Below, piece after piece: positions 27,304-39,470 of a DNA stretch of 64,000 nt (position 1 is its first letter; every line of letters starts with the position of its first letter). Under the pieces are notes generated by a model. It worked only from the letters and a program-made list of their open reading frames with translations, was not told where the DNA came from and did not search any database. The stretch is taken from positions 125,240,001 to 125,304,000 of the forward strand of contig NC_082709.1 of the NCBI RefSeq assembly GCF_030144855.1, read 5' to 3'. Position numbers and translations under genes: made by a program. The stretch is from Hypanus sabinus. Its lineage: Eukaryota.

Positions 27304-27520
27304 TGATGCACCATCAATAACTCACTCTGAGACATAAAGACGAGATATTGGCTTTTATTGACTGGAAGAAAGAACAAGCAGTGGTTGACCACCATACTGC
27401 ATCCTGGAGACTGAGAGGCCGGGCTCAGGCCTCAATCACCTTTATACCGGGGTCTGTGGGAGGAGCCACAGGAGCAGTCAGCAGGGAGCGTGTCCAGACA
27501 GGTAGATGTAGTTCACCACA
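27304..27520 (-). mobile_element. Solo LTR (217 bp) inserted in L1 ORF1
   Basis: TG...CA termini, TATAAA (27441-27446), AATAAA (27354-27359), perfect 5-bp TSD ACCAG (27299-27303 and 27521-27525). Confidence 0.88.
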
Positions 27521-28189
27521 ACCAGCTTCAGTATTTTCAGGCAATTCTAGTATACGCAAGTTCCTTCAACGTGCTCTATTATTCAAATCAATAATTTTTT
27601 CTTCGTTTTAGATAGTTCTGAGGTAATTTCATTAATTTTCTTTTCCATTGAAGACATCTTCATTCCTTGTTTTTTAACTGTTTGCCTGAATTGTTCATGT
27701 TCATTCTCAATTCGATCTGTAGTCTGCTTAAGCATCTGAAATTGAAAGTCCAAATTCTTCAGAGATTCTTGAACATTAAAGATAGATTTTTAAGCTTCCC
27801 ATTGGTATCCGTCAGCTTATCAATCTTAGTATTGAGCGATCTGAATTCAAACTTCATGTCTTGTATTGAAGAAAATATTCCTCTCATTTCTTTATTTGTT
27901 GAGTTTGCTCCGTTTCAGGAAAAGTCTTGCCGCTTCTCAATTCAATACCAGATCGACTTCCGGCCATCGTAATTAAATTGTAAATCCTTCAGCAGAAGTA
28001 ATAAATCATCAAACTTCAAAGGAATATGTCAGTGGGATGTAAAATATAAAGAAAAGTGGAGCTGCTGTAAAACACGTCTTACTCCATGCGCTGCAAAATG
28101 GCGGATCCATAAAATTTCTAAACCTACATTTGGCATCCACAGTTCTAAAGCTTCCTCAGCTGAGTTACAACTCCTTTTAATTCAAACCC

Positions 28190-28800
28190 ATTGACTGGCT
28201 CTGTTACAGGAGTCAAACTGGACACACTGGAGGCTGTGGTAGAACAAAGGACCCTACGGAAAATCCTGGCAATTCTGGACAATGTTTCCCATCCTCTGCA
28301 TGCCTCCTTGGCTGAACAGAGGAGCACTTTTAGTAACAGACTAAGACAACTGTGCTGTTCCAAAGAGCGCTCTATGAGGTCATTCGTAGCCTCGGCCATT
28401 AGGCTCTATAATGAGTCAAAGTATAGCTGGGACGTGATCACCCCTCCTCTTAGACTGTTTAGACGCAGAGCGATATGGTACAGAAACAGGCCATTTGGCC
28501 CACCAGATGCACACTGGCCATTATCCACCCATTTACACTAATCCTACATTATTCATTTTTAAAAAATTCTTCCTGCATTCTCATCAACTCAATCCAGAAT
28601 CTTATGCGCTGGGACATGCCCTCTTCTCATTACTACTATCAAGGAAGAGTTACAAGAGTTTGAAGACCCACACTCAATGATTTAGGAATAGTGTTCATTC
28701 TTCCAGTGTTTCATCCTTTCTACTTCTCTTCTAACATTTATATCTGTGAACTTGTAATGCTACCGTGATACTGTAATTACCTTTCCTGTGATTTTCTATC
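28190..28800 (+). mobile_element. Rex1/Babar-type LINE 3' fragment with nested pieces
   Basis: 28195-28455 is roughly 90% identical by eye to 11935-12185; the tail resumes after ~28700. Confidence 0.75.
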
Positions 28801-29449
28801 TATATAAAGTTACAAAGCTCAAGAGAATCCATAACTAAAGATTAAAATCTAGTTCTGGAGTCAGAACATTAACACAAACAAACTCATTTTGTTCTTAAAA
28901 TATACGCAGTTCTAAAAACTGGCACATCAAGTGTATATAAGACTTGATCTAAACATTTGGACCATTTCTGTGAGTTTCACTGAAGTTCAAACCTGAAGAC
29001 AGCACAATCCACCAGGATTTGAAAGGTTACATTTTTAGAATGCAATTATAAATTCAAGGGATGGTTTAAATTTAACTTTGAAAATATTTGGTAATTCAGC
29101 TACCGAGAAGCTATTTATTCAAGATGACAGATTCATTGACTTGGTGAATTAATGTTCGGGCAATTTTGAGAGGTTTATTGAAATGTGAAATATAATTCTT
29201 TGAGACCACAACTCCTTTTAAAAAAGCTTTCACGATGAAAGCGCTCAAGTTGTTCGTTCTACTGTTGTTTTTAAAGTGTGCCATTCTACTTAATTTTAAT
29301 TAAATAATGCTTTATATCTTCTAACAACAGAATCCTAACTGGTGGACAAATTTACAAACTTCGTAATATAAACCTGTAAGACTACAATAAATAACTATCC
29401 AATAAATTATTGATGTTGTTTCACCATTCAATAAATTAATTCATGGAGT

Positions 29450-29705
29450 TGCGGAAACAGGCCATTTGGCCCATTGAGTGAGTCCTCGGTAATCATTAAA
29501 CATCCAGTATAATTGTACACTATTCCCCCACTTTATAACAACTTCCTCTTACCTCAAATGTCTTTGGGAGGCAGGAAGAAATCGGTACACCTAGCTGAAA
29601 CCTACATGGCCAAAAATATTATCTGCAAATTCCACTCAGATAGCACTGGAAATCAGGATTGAAGCTGGGTCACTGGAATCGTGAGGTGGCAGCTTTACTG
29701 GACCG
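29450..29705 (-). mobile_element. Degenerate tRNA-derived SINE
   Basis: GAAACAGGCCATTTGGCCC...GTCTTTGGGAGGCAGGAAG...CAGGATTGAAGCTGGGTC (reverse B-box region). Confidence 0.6.
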
Positions 29706-30243
29706 TCTACTTGTTACATTACAGGCGATCATGAACAGTCATAAAGGGGTGGAACAGCCCTCTTCTGTGTCATAAGGCAAAGTGGATTTTACTTTGACTT
29801 TCGTTTCACTTTCCCCGCTTGTTCTCCAGAATCATCCACACCCTTACAGCCAAACAAAAAATTCAGTGAATTGTTTTGGTACTCGATTAATCTTTTGTGA
29901 TGGAGCTTTTTTGGCCATTGCTCTTCACGCTATCTCCGAACTTCAGTAAAGAACAAAGCATTAGCTACTCAGACCACACTACAAATTGTGATTCACAGAG
30001 GGGTTTTTTTTGAAATGTTTCGAACCTAGAGAGAAACGTTAGATCAAAATAGGAACGGTTTCTCGTCATTTCAAGAGGCAAGAGTTGAATGTTTCAACCA
30101 GATTGGAAACTGGTTTTAAGATACTGGGCGAGGAGGAGGTTGTTAAATATTATATAGAGGAAAAGTCTTTACTTGATGCGGACTCAAGAGGCAGGAAGGT
30201 GATGATTTCCACAAGACATATGTTTCACGAAGGTGTACTGTAC

Positions 30244-30486
30244 CTGCCCAACGCCAGCTGGGTCCGCCGTTACCGCTCGTAATCCATCGGGCAACGCGTA
30301 TTCTGACCTCTCTCGACCACCGTCACCTGTTCGCGCATGCGTGGTAGTCAAACGAGCGCTCAAGTGTCTCCCCCCCACCGTCCGGTGTGGCGTTGGAGCC
30401 GGCCAGGAGCCCCGAAAGGACCGGCTGAGGAGGAGGAGGAGGGTTGCGACCCTCGGCTCGGGACGTGTTCGGTCTGTGAGGTACAG
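30244..30486. promoter_or_regulatory. Bidirectional CpG-island promoter of RWDD2B (minus) and USP16 (plus), with putative non-coding first exons
   Basis: CpG-rich. GCGCATGCG NRF1 core at 30333-30341. Minus-strand donor CAG|gtacag at 30244/30243; plus-strand donors GAG|gtacag (30480) and CAG|gtaacg (30486). Full CRE TGACGTCA at 30756-30763. Confidence 0.78.
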
Positions 30487-31443
30487 GTAACGGGGCCTGG
30501 CCGCAGTCAGGTTCAGAGTGCCGTGCATCAGCCTTCTGCACATGTGTACACGTTTAAACCGGCAGGAGCGGCCGAGAACGCTGTTGTCGATCTGATCTGA
30601 CCGAGTCTTACCTTTTTAAAAGAAGTTTCATTCCGATTGCTTAGTTGGATACAACTCATGGTATTAGTATTCAAAGTGAACCGCAGATGCTGGAAATCTG
30701 AAATTTAAAAAAATGAACAGGTAGGAAATTAGGGAATACAGGCCCCAAGTGAGTTTGACGTCAGTGATAAGGAAAATGCTCGAATATATTGCAGGAATCT
30801 TAACGAAATGGTTCAATTCTTACGAAATCTTAATTATTTAAAAAATCATTATATAAGAGCACTATTATTTCTGCTGAAAATGGTCGATGGGTGTAGACAG
30901 GTTATAAATGGCTCGGCACGGACTAAATGAGCCGAAGGGCCTGTTCCTGTGCTGTACTTTTCTATGACTCTAAAATGTTCGGTTCCTAGTTAGTGCTAAA
31001 GCGAAGGAAGATGCGGCTGGTCACCCGCCTGCGCTCCCTGGTAAGTTTTAGGAGATCCAGTTCGTTCACTTGTGAATGCTGATTGGGTTCAGAGTGAGTC
31101 CATTGATTCGTAATTGACGGTTGATTCCATTTAGAATGGTAACCTGCACCCTGGATGACTGGAATTACTCCCTGTACAGCAACGTTATTACATAGGGGTT
31201 GCTCACTGCCTGATGTGATGATATTTACTTTGTTTTGTAGCTGCCTGTAAGAAGACAAACCTCAAAGTTGTATAAAATACACACACTTTGATAATAAATA
31301 TACATTGACTTTATGCCCACTGTTCTCAACAGTGGGCTTGTGGGGTGATGATGGGGTATGCATTGAGTTTATATCAGAATCAGGTTTGTTATCACTGTCT
31401 TTTATGATGTGAATTTATAAAACAAAATTACAATAAATTACAA

Positions 31444-33470
31444 CATAGAAACATGAAAATCTACAGCACATTACAGGCCCTTTGGCCCACAATGTTATGC
31501 TAACCATGTAACCTACTCAAGAAATTGCCTAGAATTTCCCTACTGCATAGCACTCTATTTTTCTAAGCTCCATGTACCTGTCTAAGAGGCTCTTAAAAGA
31601 CCCTATTGTATCCATCTCTTTCACCTTTGCTGGCAGTGCATTCCATACACTCACCATTCTCTGTGGAAAAACTTAACTCTGATATCCCCCTTGCACCTAC
31701 TTCCAAGCACCTTAAAACTATTATCCCCACATTGTACCCTTTTCAGCTGTGGGAAGAAGCCCCTGGCTATCCACACAATCAATGCCTCTCATTATCTTGT
31801 ACACCTCTATCAGGTCATCTCTCATCCTCTTTTGCTCCAAGGAGAAAAAGCCCAGTTCACTCAACCTATTCTCATAAGGCATACAACCCAATCCAGGCAA
31901 TATCTTTATAAATCTCCTCTGCACTCTAATGTAGGCTAGCTGGTGGTGCAATGGCATTAGCGCCGGACTCCGGAGCGAAGGTTCGCGAGTTCGAATCCAA
32001 GCCAGGCCACCCCCGAGCGTGCTTTCCGTCCGTGCCGGGTCGGGTGTCGAGCTAGCTGCTCGGCCTCATAAAGCAACAAGGGTCGAGTCAGGAATGTTCA
32101 TATCATGACTTGGTTAATCTGAAAGGAGACCAATCCTGACACCACGTGCCAGACTGACTGACTAGTGTGATCCGCTAAAAAAAACTAATGTATCCACATT
32201 CTTCCTGTAATGAAGTGACCAGAAGTGACACTCCAAGTTGGGTCTAACTAAGGTCTTAAATAGCTGTAACATTGCCTCACGGCTCTTGAACTCAATCTCA
32301 TTGTTGATGAAGGCCAACACACTATACACCTTCTTAACAACACTGTCAACCTGCGCAGCAGTTTTGAGTGTCCTGTTGACATGGACCCCAAGATCTCACT
32401 GGTCCTCCACACTGCCAAGAGTCTTGCCATTAATATTGTATTCTGTCTTCAAATTTGACCTACCAAAATGAAGTACTTCACACTCATCTGGTTTGAACTC
32501 CATCTGCCACTTCTCAGCCCAGTTTTGCATCCTATCCATGTACCGCTGTAACCTCTGCCAATCCTCCAGACTATTCACAACACCCCTAACTTCTGGATCA
32601 CCATTAAACTTACTAACCCACCCTTCTACTTCCTCATCCAGGTCATTTATAAAAAATCACAAAGATCCCAGAACAGATCCCTGTAGAACACCACTGGTCA
32701 CCAATCTCCATGCAGAATATGAACCATCCACAACCAACCTTTGCCTTCTGTGGGCAAGCCAATTCTGGGTCCACGAAGCAACATCTCCTTGGAACCCATG
32801 CCTCCTTACTTTCTGAATGAGCTTTGCATGGGGAACCTTATCAAATGACTTACTGAAAACCATATACACCACATAAACTGCTCGACCTTCATCAATCTGT
32901 TTTGTTACATCCTCAAAGAATTCAATCAGGCTTGTAAGGCATGACCTGTCCTTGACACAGCCATGCTGACTATCCCTAATCAGATTATGTCTCTCCAAAT
33001 GCTCATAAATCCTGCCTGTCAGGATCTCCAACAACTTGCCCACCACTGCAGTCAGACTCACTGGTCTCTAATTTCCGGGACTATCTCTACTCCCTTTGTT
33101 TGAACAAGGGAACAACATCTGCAACCTTCCAATCCTCTGGTACTTCTCCCGTTCCTATTGATGATGTAAAAATCATCGCCAGAGGCTCATAAATCTCCTC
33201 CCTTGCTTCTCACATTAGCCTGGGGTATATCTCATCCAGTCCTAGTGATTTATCTAACTTGTACCTTTTGAAAGCTCCAGCAGATTCTCTTTCATAAGTT
33301 CTGTACACTCAAGTTTTTCAGTCTGCTGTAAGACATCTGCACAATTGCCAATTTCCTTTTCACTGGTGAATACTGAATTAAAGTATTAATTAAGTACCTC
33401 TGCTACCTCCTTTGGTTCCATACACATGTTTCCACTCTCACTACTGATTTGTCCTATTCTGACACGGCTC
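31444..33470 (-). mobile_element. CR1 LINE (5'-truncated) interrupted by a SINE
   Basis: ORFs 32657-33061 (SCLTSLIEFFEDVTK, SFDKVPH) and 31721-31957 (RMRDDLIEVYKIMRG); TTTCTATG tail near 31445. Confidence 0.88.
31934..32184 (+). mobile_element. Young tRNA-derived SINE with TSD
   Basis: A box TGGTGCAATGG (31944-31954), B box GTTCGAATCC (31989-31998), short A tail, 8-bp TSD CTAATGTA (31926-31933 and 32185-32192). Confidence 0.88.
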
Positions 33471-33499
33471 AAATAGAGCCAAAAAAAAAAAAAATATGA

Positions 33500-33895
33500 T
33501 GAGGTTGTTCTCATAGATCATTCAGAATCTGATGGCCAGGAAGAAAAAGTAGTTTCCGAATGTTAAATTTGAGTCTCCAGGCTCATGTACTTCCTTCCTG
33601 ATGGTAATAGTGAGAAGAGGACATGCCCTGATAGTGAGGATCTTCAGTGATAGATGCGTGAGGTTTGCCTCTTGCAGATGTCCTCAATAGTGGAGGGGGT
33701 TTTGCCAGTGCTGGTATTGGCTGAGTCTATAACCCTCTGCAGCCTCTTGCAATCCTGTGCATTGGAGCTTCCAAACCATGCTGCGATGCAACCAGTCAGC
33801 ATGCTATCCACTGTAAATTTGCAAAAGTCTTTTGATGCACCAAATCTCCTCAACCTCCTACTGAAGTAGAGCCACTGCACAATGGCAAATAGCAG
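33500..33895 (-). mobile_element. Rex1/Babar-type LINE 3' fragment
   Basis: WLYFSRRLRRFG...LTGCIAAWFGSSNAQDCKRLQRVI. Confidence 0.75.
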
Positions 33896-34214
33896 AGAGT
33901 CCAAATGCATTTCAGGAAGTGATGCAGCATATTAACTAACATGCTGTTGTGTCAGAATTATGTTTTTTCAGACACTGCTAACCTGTAGTAAAGAAGAGGT
34001 AGAGTGATGCTTAGAAAATAAAGAATAGATTCATTAAGGAGTAATGAAAATAAAATTATGATATTTTAAGATTGTTGCAAACAGATTATCCATGTTGGAA
34101 CACTTAATAGAACACATAGTAGAAATGAAGAGTATCTGTTAAATGGTGTGATATTACATAGTGTTGATTTTCAAAGGTTCTTATTAAATTGCTGAAAGCC
34201 AGTATGCAGACTCA

Positions 34215-35205
34215 TCACCCTGCCTTGTGTAGCTGGATCCTGGACTGCCTGTCAGATCGCTGGCAGGTGGTAAGAGTGGGCTCCCTCAACTCTGCCCCTC
34301 TGACCCGCAACTCAGGTGCTCCTCAGTGCTGTGTACTATGCCCCCTCCTTTACTCTCTGTATACCCATGACTGTGTCACCACTCACAGCTCCAATATGCT
34401 AATTAAATTTGCTGATGATACTACAATTGGCCTAATCTCAAATAATAATGAGGTAGCCTACAGAGAAGAAGTCATCTCCCTGACACAGTGGTGTCAAGAA
34501 AGCAACCTGTCCCTCAATGTCGCAAAATCAAAGGAGCTGGTTGTGGACTGCAGGAGGAATGGAGACAGGCTAACCTCCATTGACATCAACGGATCTAGGT
34601 TGAGAGGGTGAACAGCTTTAAGTTCCTTGGCAGTAACATCACTGAGGATCTCACGTGGTCTGTACATACCAACTGTGTGGTGAAAAAGGCACAACAGCAC
34701 CTCTTTCACCTCAGACAGTTGAAGAACATTGGTATGGGCCCCAAATCCTAAGAACTTTCTACAGGGGCACAATTGAGAGCATCCTGACTGGCTGCATCAC
34801 TGCCTGATGTGGGAACTATAACTCCTTTAATTGCAGGATTCTGCAGAGAGTGGTGCAGATAGACCAGTGCTTCTGTAGATGTGAACTTAACACTATTCAG
34901 GACATTTACAAAGACAGGGCCCGAAAGATCATTGGGGACTCGAGTCACCCCAACCACAATCTATTCAAGCTGTTAACCATCTGGGAAATGGTACTGCTGC
35001 ATAAAAGCCAGGACCAAAAGGCTCCAGGACAGTTTTTTCCACCAGGCCATCAGACTAATTAATTCATGCTGACACAACTGTATTTCTATGTTATATTGTT
35101 GTACATACTATTTATTATAAATTACTATAAACATTTAGAGGGAGACATAACGTAAAGATTTTTGCTCATTTATTTGAAGGATGTAAGAAGTAAAGTCAAT
35201 TCAAT
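34215..35205 (+). mobile_element. Rex1/Babar-type LINE (RT to 3' tail)
   Basis: LCSWILDCLSDR...PLLYSLYTHDC...IKFADDTT...LNVAKSKELVVD; tail TAAAGTCAATTCAATT. Confidence 0.85.
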
Positions 35206-36333
35206 TGATGTGATTAAGAGGAGAAATTGATTGTTAGCTTTTACTATGAGGGGATATGAATACGGGAGCAAGCAAGTCTTTTTGCAGTTGCCCTTCAAAC
35301 TTCACATGGCACATTGTGGATGGTTTTGACATCCTTGCCTTAGAGAATAGTGCAGTAAAGATTCACTGGACTTGTTCCAGAGATGGCAGGTTTGTCATGT
35401 GAAGGGAGATTGAGAAGATTATTTTCTACTCTGGTGTTTAGAAGAATAAGTGGCTATCTGAATGGAACAAAATAATTCTTCAAAGGTCTTGGCAGGCTGA
35501 TATTAGGATGATTCTCTGGAATGGAGGTTCTAGGACTGCGGAGCATAGCCTCATGGGGGTTGCCCATTCAGTACTGAGATAATAAGTTCTCCACTTCAGT
35601 GGAGTGAATCTGGACAGCTCTGTCAGAGAAAGTTGTGGAGGCTCAGTTACTGAGTATACTCATGGGTTGATTTATGGTATTTATTCAGGAAGTGGTCATC
35701 AGTCACGATTTTTCTGAATAGGCTAACACTGTTTTTTCTTTACTCTTGTGTTCTTGTTTTCCGCAAGTCAACAGCATTTGATGTAGAAAAACAGGTCATT
35801 GACCTCAAATATTAAGTTGTCATCAGAATCATTTAAACCTGATAATCACTTGATTATTTTACTAAATGACTTATAGGAGCCCCCACCTTTTGACAAGTTG
35901 TCAGTAGGTGATGGCAAAGAACATTATTCAAAAGGTATACAGTAAACCAGCTTCTCCCTCCAATTATAATATATTTTTATTATCTGTAATTACCTTATCA
36001 TTGACAAGCAGTTGTTGCAATTCTCGGATAGGGATTTAGTGAGGAATCCATCTCTGAAGTTCTCTAAGACCTATTGGAGAAGGATATCTGAGGTACTTAG
36101 ACAACCTAAGTACAAGGAGGTGAGCATAAGGAAGCTACATAATTATGATGCTGATAATGTGAACTGAACAGTTTGGTTTGATAATCATTCATCAGAGCTG
36201 ATGGTTGACTTGATTTTTAAATACTTTTCTTCACTGAATTTTTTGAATGTTTTCAGATTTTCTTTTATTTTAAACATTTGAATAACTTTCTCTTGTTCAA
36301 GCAGAATTAACAACAAACAAGTGTTGCCTTGAG

Positions 36334-37650
36334 ATGGTGCTTTGTAAAAGTATTCAGCCCCCAATCCTTCGTGCACATAAATGTTACAACCAGGGATCTT
36401 GATCAATTTAACTGAGATTTTTTATTTGTGGATCCTTTTTTTCACATTAGAGAAAAAAACAGGGAAAATTGTGATGCATGGAAATCTAAAAATTAAAAAA
36501 CTGAAATGTCAGCAGTTCAAAAGTATTCACCCCCCCCCCCCACGCCCCACCCCCATCCTGCTTTGCTCAGTACTTAATTGAACCACTTCTTGCAGCTATT
36601 ACAGCTGTAGTCTTTTTGGATAAATCTCTATTAACTTTGTACAACGTGATGGAGCAAGATTTGCCCATTCCTCCTTTCAAAATTGCTTAAGGAGTGCCAG
36701 TTTAGTTGGGGAGTGGCAGTAGACAGCAATCGCGAGTTCTTGCCAGAGATATTCGATCAGGTTAAGATAAGAACTCCAACTGGGTCTCTCAAGGACATCA
36801 ATTTTCTTCATTCGCTATCACTCCATGGGCTGCTATGGAAGTGTGCTCTGGGTCGTTGTCCTGCTGAAAGAATAACCTCCCCAGTTTAAGCTTTCTGGCT
36901 GGTTTTTATCCAGGATATCCCTGTATTTAGCAGCGCTCATCTTCCCATCAATCCTGACCAAATTTCCAGTGCCTGCTGCTGAAAAGCATCCCCTGTAGCA
37001 TGGTGTTACCTTCACCATACTTTACAGTAGAGATGGTGTTACATGGCTGATGTGCAGTATTTGATTTACACCACACATACCACTAAGTTTAGGCCAAAAA
37101 GTTACGCTTTAGTCTCATCTGACCGCAAGACTTTTTTCCCCAGCTTCTAAGTGATGTCTTTATGGGCAAGGATATATTTTTTAAGCCGGGGTTTTTCCTT
37201 GCTACTCTTCCATAAATACCTTTTTTTAAAGTCAAGGCCATAGAGATTATGGAGCCATGAACTTCATCTACAGTTGCAACTGTTGGCATCTCAGTAGCCT
37301 CTTTTACAAGTCCCATTGTCTGGTGACTAAGTTTAGAGGGGCAGCCTGACCTAGAGAGTGTGGCTGTGGTTTCATATTTTTCCACTTTTTCACAATGGAC
37401 TGCACTGAGCTCCGAGGTATGTTCAGTGCCTTTGGGATGGTTTTGTACCCTTCTCCAGATTTGTGCTTCTCTATTGCATTTCCCTGACTTGCCTTGAATG
37501 CTCTTTTGTCTTCCTTTTGGTCTTGTCTGTTGAAAATCTATCATATTGTTCGGCCTTACAGAGAGAGGGGGCATTTATTCAGATGATCCTCCAATTTTCT
37601 ACATCACCAAATTGGGTGAGTTGATAAGATAATAGTATATTGCACTTGAG
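36334..37650 (-). mobile_element. Degenerate Tc1-type transposon
   Basis: TIR-like GTGCTTTGTAAAAGTATTCAGCCCC with an internal DR near 36520. Transposase remnants [18 protein letters not shown] and RSGCPSKLS...GIYGRVARK. Confidence 0.8.
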
Positions 37651-38039
37651 GAGAGTGAGTTGCTCCACACATAGCCACTCACACATTTTATTTTAAAAAG
37701 CCCTGCTAGCTCTTCCCCTCTGCTGCTCTAGGTGTTGCACACGAGCACACAAAAGGGGAAAAAGCAACTTTTAAAAAAGCTGCTAGCTCCTGTCCTCTGC
37801 TCCTGAGATCGCAGAGGAAACAGAATCATTGTAATAGTAAGGGTTTCAGCTATAAGGTTAGGTTGGGAAGGGGGGGGGTGGGGAATGGAGCTGAACTTTT
37901 TGTTTGAAGGGAAGTTGAGATTTGATTGAAATGTGCAAGGTGGGCTCAGAAGGAGTGAGGAGGAGCTGTTTCCATTAGTTGGTTTAAGGAGGAGGAGAGC
38001 AGATGAGTAGAGATATGTATGTTGGTAATATAGAGTCAT

Positions 38040-39470
38040 AGCATACTAGAATACAGAAATAGGCCTTTGCTTATTAGTGCATGCCGACCAGAGCTTCTGT
38101 CTCATACTACCTACCTGCATCCAGACCATAACCCTGCATACTCCTTCCATCCATGTATCTGCCGAAGTTTCTCTTAAATGTTACTATTGAACCCACATCT
38201 ACCACGTCTGCTGGCAGCTCATTCCTCATTCGCATTACCCTCTGGGTGAAGAAGTTTCCCCTCAGATTCCCCTTAAATGTTTCATCGTTTACCCTAAACC
38301 TATGACGTCTAGTTCTACTCTCAGGGGAAGCCTGCATGCGTTCTCCTGATCTACACCTTTCATAATTTTGTATACATCTATAAAATCTCCCCTATTTTCC
38401 TGCACTCCAGGGAATAAAGTTCTCATCTATTCAACATTTTCCTTTAACTCGGGTCTCCAAGTCCCGACAACATCCTTGTAAGTAAGTGTGTAGGTAGGTG
38501 ACCAGAGCTGCACACAATACTCTTAAATTTTGTCTCACCAACATCCAGTACTTTGTCAACATAACATCCCACTCCCATACTCAGTACCTTGATTTATTAA
38601 AGCAGTATACTAAAATCTCTTTCTAACCCTATTTACTTGTGATGCCACCTTCAAATTTTAAATCTGTAATCCCAGGTCCCTTTGTCCTACTGTACACTGC
38701 ATTCACAGTTTAAGACTTACCCTGTTTTGTCCTCATGAAGTGCATCTCCTCACAATTGTCTGCATTAAATTCCATCGGCCTTTTTTAAAAAATTTAAGCC
38801 CATTTTCTCAGCTGGATAGCGCAAAGATCGGAGGCTTAGTGGACAGTGAGAAAACTACAAGCTTTAACGGCCTTTTTTGCTGTCCACTATGCTCCTAGTA
38901 TTTGTGTCATTCACAAATTTGCTGGTTGCATTTATCATGTTATAATCTGAATCCTACAGATGATAAATAACAACAAGACCCAGCACTGATACCTGTGGCA
39001 CTCCGCTGGTCACAGGCCTCCAAACAGAGAGACCACCATCTACTATTATTCTCTGGCTTCTGCCGGTAATCCGATGTTGGATACAGTTGGCTGCTTCATC
39101 CCACATCCTGTTGAACCTTCTGGGTTAGCCTGCCATGCAGGACTTTTTTTTAAAAGGCCTTGCTAAAATCCGCCACCTTTCCTTCAACAACCTTCTTGTT
39201 AACCTCCTCGGAAACTTCCTCAAAAAATTCTTGAGATTGGTTAGAAATGATCTACCATTCCCAAAGCCATGTTGACTGTTTCTAATCACATCCTGCCTAT
39301 CTAAATACTTATCCTGCCCCTTAGAATTATTTTGAATAATTTACCCATTATTGGTGTCAGGCTCACAAGCCTGCAATTTTTTGGTGTACTCACTGAGGTT
39401 TTCTTGAACAACAGAACAATGTTCAAGTAGCTCATCCTATAGCTAAGGATATCTCTACCAGGGCTCCTGT
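38040..39470 (-). mobile_element. Degenerate CR1 LINE fragment
   Basis: ESRTRRHRFRV...RGNFFTQRV and further RT remnants. Confidence 0.75.

Larger units (their letters stand above)
20754..28108 (-). mobile_element. Full-length degenerate L1-clade LINE in RWDD2B intron 1
   Basis: ORF1 from ATG 27967 (NLRILELPE, IRIVEDFPPE); ORF2 ~26133-21153 (endonuclease GSDFN, RT YRPISLLNVDFKIL, SLYADDLL); AATAAA plus A-rich tail. 11-bp TSD ATAACATTTCT (20743-20753) / ATAAAATTTCT (28109-28119). Confidence 0.92.

Noticed and set aside
30085-30600. Several overlapping ORFs of 65-119 aa
   Set aside because: Expected by-product of a GC-rich promoter; no recognisable domains.
31934-32010. Functional tRNA gene
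   Set aside because: Acceptor and anticodon stems do not pair properly; it continues into a SINE body with A tail and TSD.
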